DNA from: Octopus sinensis
Taxonomy: Eukaryota
Direction: 5' to 3'
NCBI RefSeq assembly: GCF_006345805.1
Contig: NC_043012.1
Location: 29,388,001 to 29,452,000 of the forward strand
DNA length: 64,000 nucleotides
Numbering within the stretch: the stretch's first letter is position 1; each line of letters starts with the position of its first letter. Positions 40,786 to 55,684 of the stretch are shown one piece after another. Both the position numbers and the translations under genes were made by a program. The notes beneath the pieces are model-generated. The model worked only from the letters and a program-made list of their open reading frames with translations. It was not told where the DNA came from and searched no databases.

Positions 40786-41615
40786 TCTTCTTTCAATTTT
40801 GTTTCCATTTCTTGCCAAGTATCTTCCCAACATCTAGGACAAAGAAACTAACTTTATACATTCAAATAAAGACACCAGATTGTTCATTTACAAAGTTATG
40901 TGGTAGAAAAAAAGGGGAAGAAAGACAAAGAGAAAAAGAAACAAAGAAACAAAGAAAGAGAAAAAGAAAACTGAAAACAAAATAAAGGGGAAATGGGAAA
41001 GAAACTTCACATTGGCAATGCTCTTCTCAATACGTGAGCTACCAGTTAAGACGATCTTTTGCACTTCCTGCATAGATGGTAAGCCAGGGATCATCCTCAA
41101 ATAATTTTCAATTCTTTTTTTGATCATTCCAAATGTTCCTGCAATCACTAGTATTGTAATTGTCTTGAGATGCCTCATTTTTGGGGTTTCAATCAGCAAA
41201 TCTTTATATTTTCTGAACTTATCAAATTCTTTTGCCGAGATATTATGATCACAAGGTATGCTCATATCAATCAATAAATAAATTTTATTGTTTTGATCTT
41301 TCACAACAATATCTGGTTTATTAGCTTTGATGATCTGTTCTGTATGAATTGGAAAGTCCCAAAGAATTGTTACATTTTCTCCCTCAGTTACTGCCTCAGG
41401 GTGGTGCTTGTACCATTTGTCAGCAGTTTTGATTTTATGATGCCAACATTTTATCCAGTGTAGATATTGGCCAACTCTGTCATGTCTTGATTTGTTCTCT
41501 ACTGGCACTGAAACCTTTCACCCAGAGATTAGGTGATTCACTGTCTCAGTTTCATCGTTGCAGTATCGGCACTTTGGGTCTACTCCAATTTTCATCACAT
41601 TGGCTTGGTAGTTCC
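40786..41615 (-). mobile_element. R4/Dong-type C-terminal CCHC plus RLE fragment
   Basis: PKCRYCNDETETVNHLISG then RHDRVGQYLHW...ILWDFPIHTEQIIKANKPDIVVKDQ...IDMSIP. Confidence 0.9.
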
Positions 41616-41620
41616 GAATC

Positions 41621-41685
<65 letters not shown>

Positions 41686-41790
41686 CATTATTATGATCAT
41701 CGTCATCATCATCATCATTATTATTATTATTATTATATTATTATTATTATTATATTATTATTATTATTATATTATTATTATTATTATTAT

Positions 41791-42283
41791 TCTATGTTTG
41801 ACTTTTGCTTTATATTTGTACAAGTTGGTTCCAAGTCTCACCCAGAGACCTCAAGAGACAACAGGGTGGAAGTTCATGTTGTTGTTATGCCTAGTGTGCC
41901 ATATATTTGGGGGGTGAGGTGTTGTACTAATGAATGTCTAAAAAAAAAAGTGATTTTTTTTTTTTTAAACCGAAAATATGTTTGTTTTAAACCTTGAGAT
42001 TACATAGAAAGTATTTTGCGTAGGATATGAGCAGTTCCCATGAGCACTATCTTTTGAATTCTGCCATTTTTGGGTTTCCTGGTATCTGAGTTAGGTAGCT
42101 ATCAGCCCCTTTTGCTATCATTCCCAGGGCACCTATGACAACAGGTATTGTTTTAGTCTTCAGCTTCCACATTTTGCTGATTTCTATTTCAAGATCTTTA
42201 TATTTGCTCAGTTTTTGGTAGGTCTTGACAGATACGTTTATATCGATTGGGACAGTCATATCAATGAGGAGGCATGTTCTTTG

Positions 42284-42288
<5 letters not shown>
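41791..42288 (-). mobile_element. R4/Dong-type 3' fragment with 3' UTR
   Basis: MTVPIDINVSVKTYQKLSKYKDLEIEISKMWKLKTKTIPVVIGALG; abuts (ATT)n on both sides. Confidence 0.9.
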
Positions 42289-42359
<71 letters not shown>

Positions 42360-42491
42360 ATTATTATTATTATATTATATTATTATATTATTATTAATTA
42401 TTATATTATATCATTATTATTATTATATTAATTATTACTATTATTATTATTATCATCATCATCTTCATCATCATCATCATTATTATTATTA

Positions 42492-42531
<40 letters not shown>

Positions 42532-42599
42532 GTATTAATATTAATTATTATATTATTATTATTATTATTATATTAATTATTATATTATTATTATTAGTA

Positions 42600-42647
<48 letters not shown>

Positions 42648-42818
42648 TTATTATTATTATTATTATTATATTATTATTATTATAATTATTATTATTATAT
42701 CATTATTATTATTATTATAATTATTACTATTATTATTATTATTATCATCATCTCTTCATCATCATCATCATCATATTATTAATTATTAATTATTATTATT
42801 ATTATTATTAATATTAAT

Positions 42819-42850
<32 letters not shown>

Positions 42851-42919
42851 ATTATTATTATTATTATTAGTAATTATTATTATTATTATTATTATTATTG
42901 TTATTATTATTAATTATTA

Positions 42920-43002
<83 letters not shown>
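42289..43002. repeat. Imperfect (ATT)n array; related arrays at 40598-40787 and 41625-41790
   Basis: Directly visible. Confidence 0.95.
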
Positions 43003-43003
<1 letters not shown>

Positions 43004-43210
43004 AGCGGTGAGCTGGCAAAATCGTTAGCAGGTCAGACAAAATGCTTAGCGGCATTTCGTCCGTCTTCGCGTTCTGAGTTCAAATTCCACTGAGGTTTCC
43101 TCCTCTCGAGGTCAGTAAAATAAGCACTAATTAAGCACTGGGGTTGATGTAATTGACTTACCCCCTCCCCGAAATTGCTGTCCTTGTGCCACAATTTGAA
43201 ACCAATATTA
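43003..43210 (+). mobile_element. SINE family A
   Basis: gcggtgagctggcaaaatcgttagc...gagttcaaattccac...ggggttgatgtaattgact...gtccttgtgcc. Confidence 0.8.
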
Positions 43211-43299
43211 TTTTTATTTTGTTTGTTCCTTTATCGACACGTATTGTACTTCGTTCCCGTAAGTTTGCTATTGTTTCTACCGTTACACAAAGTTATATA

Positions 43300-46200
43300 T
43301 TGAACATTTGTTATCGTTTTGTAGAAAAAAACTAACCAGAACCATTGGGAGCTGGTTAGTTTTCTCCATCCGTAGCCTTTGTAGGTTAAATTTTGGTTTG
43401 TTTTGCAAACACGCCCCTCAATGTTTGTTTAAAAACTGAAAGATGACGGACGAGGATCATTCGTCCGCTGAAAAAGAGAATCAACAATCCGCATAACAGA
43501 ACAGCGACATTGTGAAAATCAACGATAACAGCAGCGGTGGTAACAACAACAACAAGGCAACAAGAGCAGCAGCAACAACAACAACAACAACACGAGGGAA
43601 CTACGAAGCTAATTTTCCGCTGCTAAAAATTTCAGCACTACCATCACAGGAACTACAAAAGAGAACAATGTCAGCTCAACGCAACACCAACATTAGCAAG
43701 AACATTGCCACCTCCACCAACACCACCAGTAAAAACAGCAAATCCACCGACACATACATCAATACAATGGGTCTTGCACTAGCGTGTCACCGACTGGAGA
43801 AAGTTGACGTGTCAGGAAAACGTTAAGTGACATCAAAGAGAACAATATTTCGAAACATTTCAAAGGAAATGCAAGAATATACAAGAAAAAAAACTGGTAT
43901 CAACAAGTTTATTTCATCAAAAATCAAGAGTCTGGAGCTGACGGCGCAGGTCCAGATTGAAAAATGCCTAAGATCAGTCTGTGGGATAAAAACGTATATC
44001 ACCGTGGAGACGCTTTGTCACAGTTGAAGCGAGATTCCCAACAGAAAAAAAAGCCAAAGAAAGAGAAATGACACCCTCAAAAGTGAGGAATTGTGATTAA
44101 TTCCGACATATCTCAGTCGGAGAGTGGTGAAAACAAAGGCAGCAGAGGTACCACTCAGAAGTGAACATCTCTTGGCTGGTCGCAACGTATAAAGAATACA
44201 ACAATTCTCCAAGTGTATAAAATGGGAAAAGAAAAATTGGCCAGGCACAGGAATGGAATTATTGATTCAATTGAGGAAGTATCGAAGTTATCCCTGATTT
44301 GATCATCCTCCCTTACGGTACACAGCTATTCGTATCAGCCGAGGGCAGAACACTGAGATTCTACATTTGTGACGAAACAAACCACGTAAACGCTTTCTGC
44401 CCTATGAAAAGCAAAGGAAGACCCCTGCTATTGCAGACATTTCTAACATAACAGCAGCGGCAACAGCAACAACATCAAAAGCAACAGCAGAAGCAACAGC
44501 ATCTCCACCAGCATCAGTGCCAAGAGCATCAGCATAAACAGAAAGAGCAGCTGGAGAGATCCCTTCTACAACATCAGCAACAAGTACCGGTACCAACACC
44601 GAGAAAGAAAATAGCGTCATCTTCCCCCATTGCAACCGAAAGAAGCCTCAACCACACCAGTCGATCAGACCATCAACTTGGAAATACGTGACTGTGCAGA
44701 CATAATTTTTACCCCGGCCACAGATTTCTCCTTCAATGAAAACTCTTCTAGCAAGTAAAACATGTTGAGAAAACTACCAGAATGGATTTTGATGAAAGGG
44801 AAAGAAAAAAATTACAAAATGAAAAGTGTTGTAAAAGACTAAAAATAAATATATTAGAGGAGGAGAAACGGAAGCCAACAAACCAGCACACACCATACAT
44901 CCTACACCAACATAAACTACAAACATCTCCAACACTAGAAAAACCACCAACATCACAAACATCTCAACAAACGAAAACGCATAACAATCCAAACCAACAA
45001 CATGCGCTACATTTTCAAAGCATCAACAATTACATAGCCAAAGACACAAACAACATGAGCTTAATAAAATGTAGTTAGAGATACACAGACTTTACTCTAA
45101 ATGAATATATCGAACCTCCGCATAGCACCCCTATTCGCATAAAAGTTATAAAAGCAATGCAACAAACGTTCAACAAACTGAAAGCAAGATATCCCCAAGG
45201 AACGGGAGATTTCTGTTGGGTCATGAACAAAACACGCTACAAAAAATGCAAGTGGAGACACCTACAAATAAAGAGAAAAGGACATCCGTTTCTCCACAGA
45301 AACAGTATGTGATTCGTTTCACTTTCCTTCTCTCTTACAAACATGATCTTTCTCAGAATAGGCAATATAAATGTAAGCTGCCAAGGGTCCCCTTGGAAAC
45401 AGGGCCACATAATCAATGAACTCATGTCAATGAGTCGTGGCTATCAGTGAAACCAAACTTTCCAATCAATATACATTCATGAACATTTTCGGTCGATACG
45501 TGATTTACTTATCTCTATGTCAACCGGGAATAAGGTGGGGTGTAGAATTGCGGTTTGTTCCAGAAAGTCCTAGATCTCAATATAATAGCCATCTTTTTGG
45601 ACCCAGAAGGTAATTTGGTGGTCCCGGACGTGAACAGAGGCAACAAGGTACTTCCGGATTGGTCGTTGTTTATGCTCCGACAGGGGCAGGACTGCCAGAT
45701 TTCTTCAGACGTCTGGAAGGTTTTCTGGAAACATCTAGGACGCACGTTTAAATTGTGTGGGACTAGGGTGCAAAAGCCTCGCAAACCTGCTTAGACCTTT
45801 TCATTTGTCTCAAAGCTAGCGATTGGATTTCCCAAATGTGCTAATGTGGACATCGACGAACCTCATCAGATCATTAAAATAGTCTGTAGGCCAGTAGATA
45901 AGGATGGCATAAGTTGTTCACTTTTTAAAATCGTTTGTGATCTGCACGGTCGACCCAGATAGGCTTCGTAGGCAGGGATCCGGTTACTAGAAGCCGAATG
46001 CAGATACCTGATTAAAGAATCAGTTAAGAAAGCATAGACGGGTCAACTCTCTACAAAAAATGGTTGCTTACCCTGTAAAGGGCAATTAGAGTAGAATCCT
46101 TTTCGTTTAGTAAGGTATTAGTATAGAAAGAAATAGAACAGAGGGAAACTTAGAAATTTAGAAGAAGCGTTTAGGAAAGGTATCATAACCGACATGCTCT

Positions 46201-47806
46201 CAGCAAGATTGGCCCAGCATGAATTCTTCAACATCAAGCATGAAGGATGCATTGTCAGAGCTAAGGTGCATGCTCTAAGAAACGAGGAGAAAAAGTCGCC
46301 CGATTGGCTTGAATAGCAGAGGTACAACATGGCAACAAAGCCACAGATCGGTCTTTAGTGGACCAAAATAGGTACATGCTACTCAAGTGTTTAGGTCGAC
46401 TGGTAATCTGGAAAGAAGGATGGACATCAGTGCCTACCGCGATGGCATACTACGACTTTCAGCAAGGGCGGTGGGTCGTTGCGAAAGGCCGATAACAGCC
46501 GTGGAAACATAAGATGCAATTATGGGGTCCACGGGGAAAATGTCGCTTAATTTTGATGGTCTCCAGGTGAAGAACTGGGACGAAGTGACGAACAGGCTCG
46601 CTTATTTCACCTACAAATGGACCGTGCCTCAGTTTACGTCTGACAAAACTGGAACGCATACTTTTTCGCTTTCTGTGGAAAAGACACGTATCACTGACCA
46701 GGCGCTCCTTTTGTTGCCAACACCTGCTAAGTAGAGGACAGGGCGTGTTGTCGCTGCTGATGCGCGTACATGCTCTGAGGCGATCAAATCTCCAGCGCTT
46801 CCTCCTGATCGTCGTTTGTCAGACTCGTCTTCTGCAGTTCTTCTCTTTGATTGCTGTCCTGGACCCAGCGTAGACCGAGGTAGGTCGCTTTGCACCTAAA
46901 GTGTCATCAGTTGCTCACAGTCCTCTGTCAGTCGGGCAATGCGGTCGATGGAAGTTCCGCTTTAGCGTTGTATGGAGGGTTAGCGGCGGGCAAGTGCGGC
47001 GACATTCTCAGGGAGACTCTGGGCCTTGAGGAGAAACAACTGGATGGTCAGTTCCGTAGGACTTTCAGGCCGGAGCTCAAGTGTAATTTTCCGAAATCCC
47101 TGGCTCTGCAGTGATACCGGGGAAACTCTGCTGGTTCGAGACAAGCTCTACAGGCACAGAAGTGTGTCAGACGGACGTATCCGACATCTACGCCGTTAGA
47201 TGAAACCGTTCTCCATGCACTCGTCCAGTGTCCGGGCATTGCTGACTTGTGGAGCTTTGTCGAACAGCTGTTGACGCACTTAGGACGGATCTGGTTACCA
47301 GCCAAGTCATTAGGCTCGCCCCGCCGCATTCTTTTGGCCGGGAAGGAAAGGCAGTTTTCCTCTGATGGCTATGGCGAAAGACAGAGTGTGATGGACGAGG
47401 TTGAAAGGACTGAAGATGGATACTTTCCTCTTCGGCCAAGCCCTTATCGACATTTTCAAATTTCCTTTGAAAAGGTAAGTGAAGGTATAGAGATAAGCGC
47501 AGCACCCTAGTATTTTTTGTTGACAGGTGGGTGAATGCAGCGAGGATGGCCCGTGCGAATGAGCCGGAAGGTTTGGGAAGGAGAGAGGTGTCTGCCTAAG
47601 GTGACCAGGATGTGTGGAATTTCTTAGTTGTCCCTGGGTGGAACTACCCACTTTTCGGGAATTTTGTTGATTAATTTTTTCTTGTTAATTGTTATTGTTT
47701 TTATTGCTTTATTGCATACATGAATTTTTGTGCTAATCCCCTCGTGTCCCTTGTATTTTATCGTCCGTGTGCTTTGTGTTCGGCCATTGTGGCTAATAAA
47801 AAGAAG
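43300..47806 (+). mobile_element. L1/Tx1-clade LINE, degenerate, RT core deleted
   Basis: T/N-rich ORF1 start (ATG 43443); decayed knuckle FYICDETNHVNAFC (44359-44400); frameshifted APE remnant VVVYAPTGAGLPDFFRRLE (~45660); CIVRAKVHALRNEEK; C-terminal LVRDKLYRH...DETVLHALVQCP; AATAAA at 47795. Confidence 0.85.
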
Positions 47807-47811
47807 ATTGT

Positions 47812-47871
<60 letters not shown>

Positions 47872-47890
47872 TATTATTATTATATTATTA

Positions 47891-47958
<68 letters not shown>

Positions 47959-48330
47959 CAATAATAATTATTATTATAATTATGGCGGCGAGCTGGCACG
48001 CCGGGCGAAATGCTCAGCGGTATTTCTTCTACCGTTACGTTCTGAGTTCAAATTCCGCCGAGGTCGACTTTGCCTTTAATCCTTTCGGGGTCGATAAATT
48101 AAGTACCAGCTACGCGCTGGGGTCAAAGTCATCGACTTACCTCTTCCCCCGAAATTTCAGGCCTTGTGCCTATTGTAGAAAGGATTGTTATTATTATTAT
48201 TATTGTTGTTCAGGCAGTGAGGTGGGAGAATCGTTGGCAACCGTGCAAAATGCTTAGCAGCTATTCGCTTGTCTGTACCTTCTGAGTTCAACTTCCGACG
48301 AGGTCGACTTTGCCCTTCATTAAACTGCGG
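47812..48330 (+). mobile_element. (AAT/ATT)n array followed by two tandem SINE family A copies (47982-48185, ~48213-48330)
   Basis: ggcggcgagctggcacg...gagttcaaattccgccgaggtcgactttgcctttaatcctttcggggtcgataaa...ending in an ATT tail. Confidence 0.8.
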
Positions 48331-48367
48331 TCATTAAACTGAAAAATGTTTTGAGGAATTAATCAAT

Positions 48368-48708
48368 CAACCCTATTAGTTATTTTTGTTAAGCCTTGTA
48401 CTTATTCCATCCGTCTCCCTTGCCGAATCATTAAGTTACGGGGACGTAAATGCAACAACACCGGTTGTCAAACACTAGTGAGGGACAAACACTCACACAT
48501 ACGCATAGACACACACACATATATATATATATATATACGCACACACGCGACGGCTTTATTCAGTTTCCTTCTGTTGCATCCGCTCACAATCCTTTAGTCG
48601 GCCCGAGGCTATAGTAGAAGATATTTACCCAAGATGTCACACATTTGGACTGAACCGGGAAGCATGTGGATGGGAAGCAATCTTCTTACCGTATAGCCAC
48701 GCCTGCGT
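48368..48708 (-). mobile_element. SINE family B
   Basis: Reverse complement of the gcaggcgtggct head and ccccgtaactta body. Confidence 0.75.
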
Positions 48709-48710
48709 CC

Positions 48711-48752
<42 letters not shown>

Positions 48753-50179
48753 GGGACAAAGAGCAGTTAAAGCCAAACTCCAATGTGTTGAATGGCCGTT
48801 GTTTTTTTTAAATAAGAGTAAAATAAAAACAAACGGACCTTTCTCCTTGGTAAAAAATGGTGTAAGGCGGGCAGAATAAATGATGTCTATTTTATTAATT
48901 AGTGTGGTCAATACAAAACTAGTTTCACGATTAATGTACAAACTAAATGAATCAATTAAAAAAAAAAAAATTAATTTAGAAGCACATGTTCCGATCTTCA
49001 GCTGTATATACCGTATTTTAAGAAAAATATAAATAACTATAAAATATATTTACCTTCTCTTATTCACATCAACTCGTAACCCAAGGTATTCAGTATACAA
49101 GATAAAGTAAGAGAGAGAGAAGAAACATACTTCTTCACCAGATTCAAACACGCTTTCTAATCTGTTGCTGGGCCGATAGCAGCAAATTACATAAATATAT
49201 ATATAAAAACAGAGAAGGAAAAAGAGCAGTTAAAGCCAGACACCAACGTTTTGATATATATATATATATATATATATATACACTAATAAAAGTGAAGTTC
49301 GATTCTTGCTTGCTTGCAATGTTTCACAACCAAACTGGCGCATCATGGAAAATACTATGAATTAAGTTTACCCTCAAATGTTAATATGAACGGAATGAAA
49401 CATGTTTCACGTAAATCAGAGAAGTTATTGAAATATTCGGGTAAAAACACCCCCAAATGGTGCATAATGGGAAAATGTTCCCTATATAACTTCATCCTGA
49501 AAGGGTAGAAACTCACTATTCGATTAGACACAGTGATTTGACGACGAAAAAATACGATTTGTTTTTTTACAGTAAATGTTTCTATTTTCGCTTTTGTTAA
49601 ACACAATATTTTAATCATTCCGAAATATTTTTAAGTGAATGTGATTTCAGAAATGTAAGTTGTTTGTAAGTATATTTTAGCTTTTTTTAAACACACAATA
49701 TTTTTATGTTTTTTTAAATTATTTTCAAGTGAACGACGTTACAAAAATTGTTTTTTTTTTTGCACATTTAGAGAATATTTTAAAGCGAAAATGACTTTGA
49801 AAATGTCATAAATATTTCGTAAAAGAACCGTTCATAAACTCGTTGTGAAATAATTTTTTCCATAGGTTTTTTGGGAGTGCATTCAACGTATCTCACCTCC
49901 AAAGATTCGGCTGTTACAGGAAGTGTCTTTGACGTTTCGAACCTACACTGTTCTATAGAAAGGAAAGAGGAAAGAAATCAGTAGAGAGAAGAGAGAAAAC
50001 GGAGAAACATATATGTACATACATACATAAATAATTAATAATCACAGAATAATCTTTTGTATCTTTAGACATTGACAACTCTACGTATGTCTGTATTTTA
50101 AAAAATGCGTGGCCTGACCTATCGATAGAAGTAGATATAAACATAAAATTATAAATACTTTTATCGCACCAATAAAATG

Positions 50180-50644
<465 letters not shown>

Positions 50645-50738
50645 CTGTATATATGTTCGCACCACTAAGCATTTTTCCCAGCGTGCTAACGATTCGGCCA
50701 GCTCACCGCCTTAATATATATATATTATATATTATATA

Positions 50739-50975
50739 GAGGGTACTATTATTCATAGGTACCGCATGCAAGGAGGAACTTTTGCAGTCAAAACTACTAA
50801 AATAAACAACATGTACCGAATGCATTGATTGCGAAATCACAGGTGATATGTAACTAAATTCTGTTTCTAAATGACTTGCTTTGAAGTTTTGCATTCGGTA
50901 CAATTTGTTTATTTTAGTAGTTTTGACTGCAAAAGTCCCTCTTAGCATGCGGTACCTATGAATAATAGTACCCTC
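50739..50975. mobile_element. 237-bp MITE with ~85-bp TIRs (GAG termini, 4-bp TATA flanks; Sola2-like by inference)
   Basis: 50739-50823 is a near-perfect reverse complement of 50890-50975; flanked by tata on both sides. Confidence 0.75.
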
Positions 50976-51094
50976 TATATAATATAAATAAATATTTCCA
51001 AAGTGGAAAAATTTACAGGTTTTTTTCTCTTACGAGGTTTTTCACGCTAACTACTGATAATTTCTTATAAAGATTTTATCCTCAATTTTAAATT

Positions 51095-51126
<32 letters not shown>

Positions 51127-52612
51127 TATATGTATGTGTGTGTATGTGTGTGTATGTGTGTGCATTTATAAATACATATTCATAGAGATGTAAGTGGCTA
51201 CATACGTACATAGGTAGGTGGAAGCGTTAATTTAATCAACTGCTTAATTGTAGAGTGTTTTAATCGACCCATCCAACATAGAAATAATCGAAATGGTTGG
51301 AATTATCTGTAATCCTAGAAGGACAACTTATATATGTTCATATGTTCGACCACTTGCAAAATATTCAACATATTTCAAACATTTCTTCTTCATTTCAAAA
51401 GCTAGGGATCTATTTGTAGGTGTTTGGAATGAGAAGTAAAATAAACAAATTTATCAGCGTGAACCAGTTAAGAAGAAAATTCGTCGAGAAGCAAGTATGC
51501 GGGGGGTGGGGGGTGGCGGATGTTGATTGTAAGTTATGCTACGGAGGAGAAGGAAGAATGGAGAGGTTGTAGAATGAGAGGAAGAAGGAGGGTTAGGGGT
51601 TGTAGAAAAAGAAAATATTCTTACGGGCATAAGCATAAAAATAAACTGAGACGCAGCAAAGCAATGGAAGTGGAGAAAGAGCTGGAAAAGATTTGAATAA
51701 ATGTGGAATGATGAAGTGAAAAAATAAATATATATATGAATAAATAAATAAATAATGAAAAAACTAGTTAAAATCAGGTATCTCAATCTGTAAACAAAGA
51801 CAGATTGAAAAACCAAGTCATAAAACAGGTATATAAGACGTGACGATAAACAAATTGGTTTCATGCTAGCCGTTTTCCAAGACTACAAAGAATATCACTA
51901 ACAACAAAAACAACAACAAATTCTAATGGTTTCATACTTTGACAGACGGCCAACGATTTTAGGGGAGGGGTTAAGTCGATTACATCGACACTAATCTCCT
52001 GCTGGTTCATATTTCATCGACCCCCCCCCCAAAAAAAAACCGATGTTGACGGAATTTGAAATCAGAATTAAGGAACCAGAATAAATAGCATTAAGTGGCT
52101 TGTCCTATGCTCTAACACTTCAGCCAACTCACCGCCAAATCGTTTAAAATTTTGGCACAATTCCATAACTCTAAGAGGTGGGGTTAGTCGATTAGATCGG
52201 TGTGCTAACGATTCTACTTGCTCGCAGCCTAAATAATAATAATATTAATATTTTCTAATAAAGGCACAAGGCCTGAAATTTTGTGGGAGGGAACTAATTG
52301 ATTGCATCGAGCCCAGTGTTTCACTGTTACTTTATTTATTGATCGCGAAAGGAGAAAAGAAAATGTTGACCTTTCAGGAATTTGAACTCAGAGCGTAAAA
52401 GCGGACGAAATGTCACTAAGCATTTTACCCGGCGTGTTATCGATTCTGCATTTCAAATTTAGGGACAAGGATAGCAATTACGAGGGAAGGGAATAGTCTA
52501 TTACATCGACCCTAGTGCTCAACTGGTATTTATTTAGTCGATTCTCAATGGTTGAAGGCAAAGTCGATCTCGCCGGAATTTCAACAGAATATTTCAACGA
52601 ACTTTCTGGGTG

Positions 52613-52868
52613 ACAGTACCTCCCTCTCCATCCTCACTTTCCTTTTCAGGTGGAACCGGAAAAAGTCAATGAGGCCTTGGTCAACGAGGAAGGCACCCGT
52701 CTTCAATCCTTTCAATTGCGTTCACCACACAAACTCTTTTGCCATAGCCACCAGACAGAGAAAAATTGCCCTCCCTTCCCAGCCAAAGGAAGGAGGCGGG
52801 GCGATCTTCACAATGGACTCAGGCGATAGCCGAATCCGTCCTACACGTGACAATAACTGTTCGACAAA
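52613..52868 (-). mobile_element. L1/Tx1 ORF2 C-terminal fragment (same family as 47250-47500)
   Basis: Hand translation FVEQLLSRVGRIRLSPESIVKIAPPPSFGWEGRAIFLCLVAMAKE; nucleotide similarity to 47256-47490. Confidence 0.8.
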
Positions 52869-53071
52869 ATAATAATAATAATCCTGAAATTTGGGGGAGG
52901 GGATATTCGATTACATCGACCGCAGTACACAACTGGTACTTATTATATGCTCCCGAAAGTATGAAAGACAAAGTCAGCCACAACGGAATTTGAACTCAGA
53001 ACGTTAAGGCGAGCGATATGCCACTAAGTATTTTACCCGGCGTGCTAACGATTCTGCCAGTTCGCTGCCTT

Positions 53072-53126
<55 letters not shown>

Positions 53127-53284
53127 TTAATATTAATAATAATAATAATATTAATAATAATAATAATGATAATGATAATAATAATAGCAACAACAACAAC
53201 ACAACCAACAATAATAATAATAATAATAATAATAATCCTTTCTAATATAGGCACAAGCCTTGAAATTGGGAGAGGGGATAGTTT

Positions 53285-53955
53285 GTTAGTAGCTGCAGAG
53301 GATCAAACAAAATGGACTAATTGGATGAAAGCCAAAAACCAATGTAGATTATGCAAATCAAAAGAGGGAAGCGTTACTCATATAGTGAGTGAATGTATCA
53401 TGCTGGCACAGAAAGAATGCAAGAAAAGACATGACAATCTAGGGAGAGCAATCCACTGGGAACTTTGTAGAAAGATAGGTTTTGAGCATGAACCTAGTAA
53501 ACTACTAGAAAGTAAAACGTACAAGACGTTGAAAGACTTTAAACATTCAGACTGACAGAGAAATAGAAGCTGGAAGACCTGATTGATAGTAGTAAAGAGA
53601 AGAGAAAGTGTCAGATAATTGACTTTAAAGTCCCAAATGCTGAAAAAATTAATATGAAAAGTATAGAGAAAATAGCAAATTACCAGGACTTAGCTATTGA
53701 ATTACAGAGACTATGGAAAGTGTGGGTAAAAATGTATCCCAGTAGTTATAGGTGCATTGGGAACTATCCTTAAAGATTTGAACAGATAAATAGAGGAAAT
53801 AGGCATAAAACCCTGTTTAGTACAGCTGTAGAAAACAGTGTTACTAGGGAGAGCTAGGATACTTAGTAGGGTTCTTGGCATCTAAGGTTACTTGTTGTAG
53901 CCCGATGTTAGGATTCTTTTCTTTTCCAACAGTCTAATCTGTTGAGTGTAAATGA
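53285..53955 (+). mobile_element. R4/Dong-type 3' fragment ending in (AAT)n
   Basis: LLVAAEDQ...CRLCKSKEGSVTHIVSECIMLAQKECKKRHDNLGRAIHW; VIGALGTI-like region downstream. Confidence 0.9.
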
Positions 53956-54041
53956 AAAATAATAATAATAATAATAATAATCATAATAATGATAATAATA
54001 ACAACAACAACAACAACAACAATAATAATAATAGCAGCAGC

Positions 54042-54147
<106 letters not shown>

Positions 54148-54366
54148 TAATAATCCTTTCTAATATAGGCACAAGGCACGAAATATTTGTGGGAGGGGTA
54201 AATCACATCAACTCCAGTGTTTCACTGGTACTTCATTCATCAACCCCCGAAAGGATGAAAAGCAAAGTCGACCGTGGCGGAATTTGAACTCAAAATTTAA
54301 GAATAGACGAAATGCCGCTAAGCATTTTCCCGGCAAACTAACGATTCTGCCAGCTCACCACCTTCA

Positions 54367-54411
<45 letters not shown>

Positions 54412-54876
54412 AACTTATAATAATAATAATAATAATAATGACGACGACGATGATGATGATGGTTTGAAATTTTTGCCATGAATACAGTAATTTTGGTGGA
54501 GGGGATGAGTCGATTAAATCGACCCCGGTAGTAAACTGCTTCTTAATTTATCGACCCCGAAAGAATGAAAGGCAAAGTAGACGTCGGCGGAATTTGAACT
54601 GGGTGTGTAAAGACGGACGAAATACCTATTTCTTTACTACCCACAAGGGGCTAAACATAGCAGGGACAAACAAGGACAGACAAACGGATTAAGTCGATTA
54701 CATCGACCCCAGTGCGTAGCTGGTACTTAATTTATCGACCCCGAAAGGATTAAAGTCAAAGTCGACCTCGGCGAAATTTGAACTCAGAGCGTAACGGCAG
54801 ACGAAATACGGCTACGCATTTCGCCCGGCGTGCTAACGTTTCTGCCAGCTCGCCGCCTTACTACAATAATAATAAC

Positions 54877-55016
<140 letters not shown>

Positions 55017-55245
55017 CAACAACAATAATAATAACGATCCATTGTACTGCATGCATAAGGCCCGAAATTTTGGTGGGAGGGGTATATCGATTACATTGAC
55101 TTCAGTGTTTCACTGGTACTTAATTTATCCACCCCGAAAGGATAAAAGGCAAAGGTGGAATTTGAACAAAGAACGTAGCGATGGGCAAAATAGAGATAAA
55201 CATTTCGCTCAGCGTGCTAACGCCTCTGCCAGCTCACACCATTTC

Positions 55246-55290
<45 letters not shown>

Positions 55291-55312
55291 GATGATAATA
55301 ATAATAATAATA

Positions 55313-55350
<38 letters not shown>

Positions 55351-55539
55351 TATAATAATAATAATAATGACGAATATGATAATAGAATTCATGGTGATAA
55401 TAATAATAAAACAATAGGTAATTGTAAAACAATCTTTCATTATTGATGTGTAAACATATTCTTTCGGTCACAAATGGAACGACGTAAATATGAGGCATGC
55501 CGTCAACTCTGATCGCAACGATTATATCTATATTATACA

Positions 55540-55556
55540 TTATATTATATAATTAT

Positions 55557-55605
<49 letters not shown>

Positions 55606-55651
55606 ATACACACATACAACACACACACACACACACACAGAGATATATATA

Positions 55652-55684
<33 letters not shown>

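Noticed and set aside
49275-49900. Third Helitron (cactaataaaagtgaag start)
   Set aside because: Only a 5'-like motif; no hairpin or CTAG end found.
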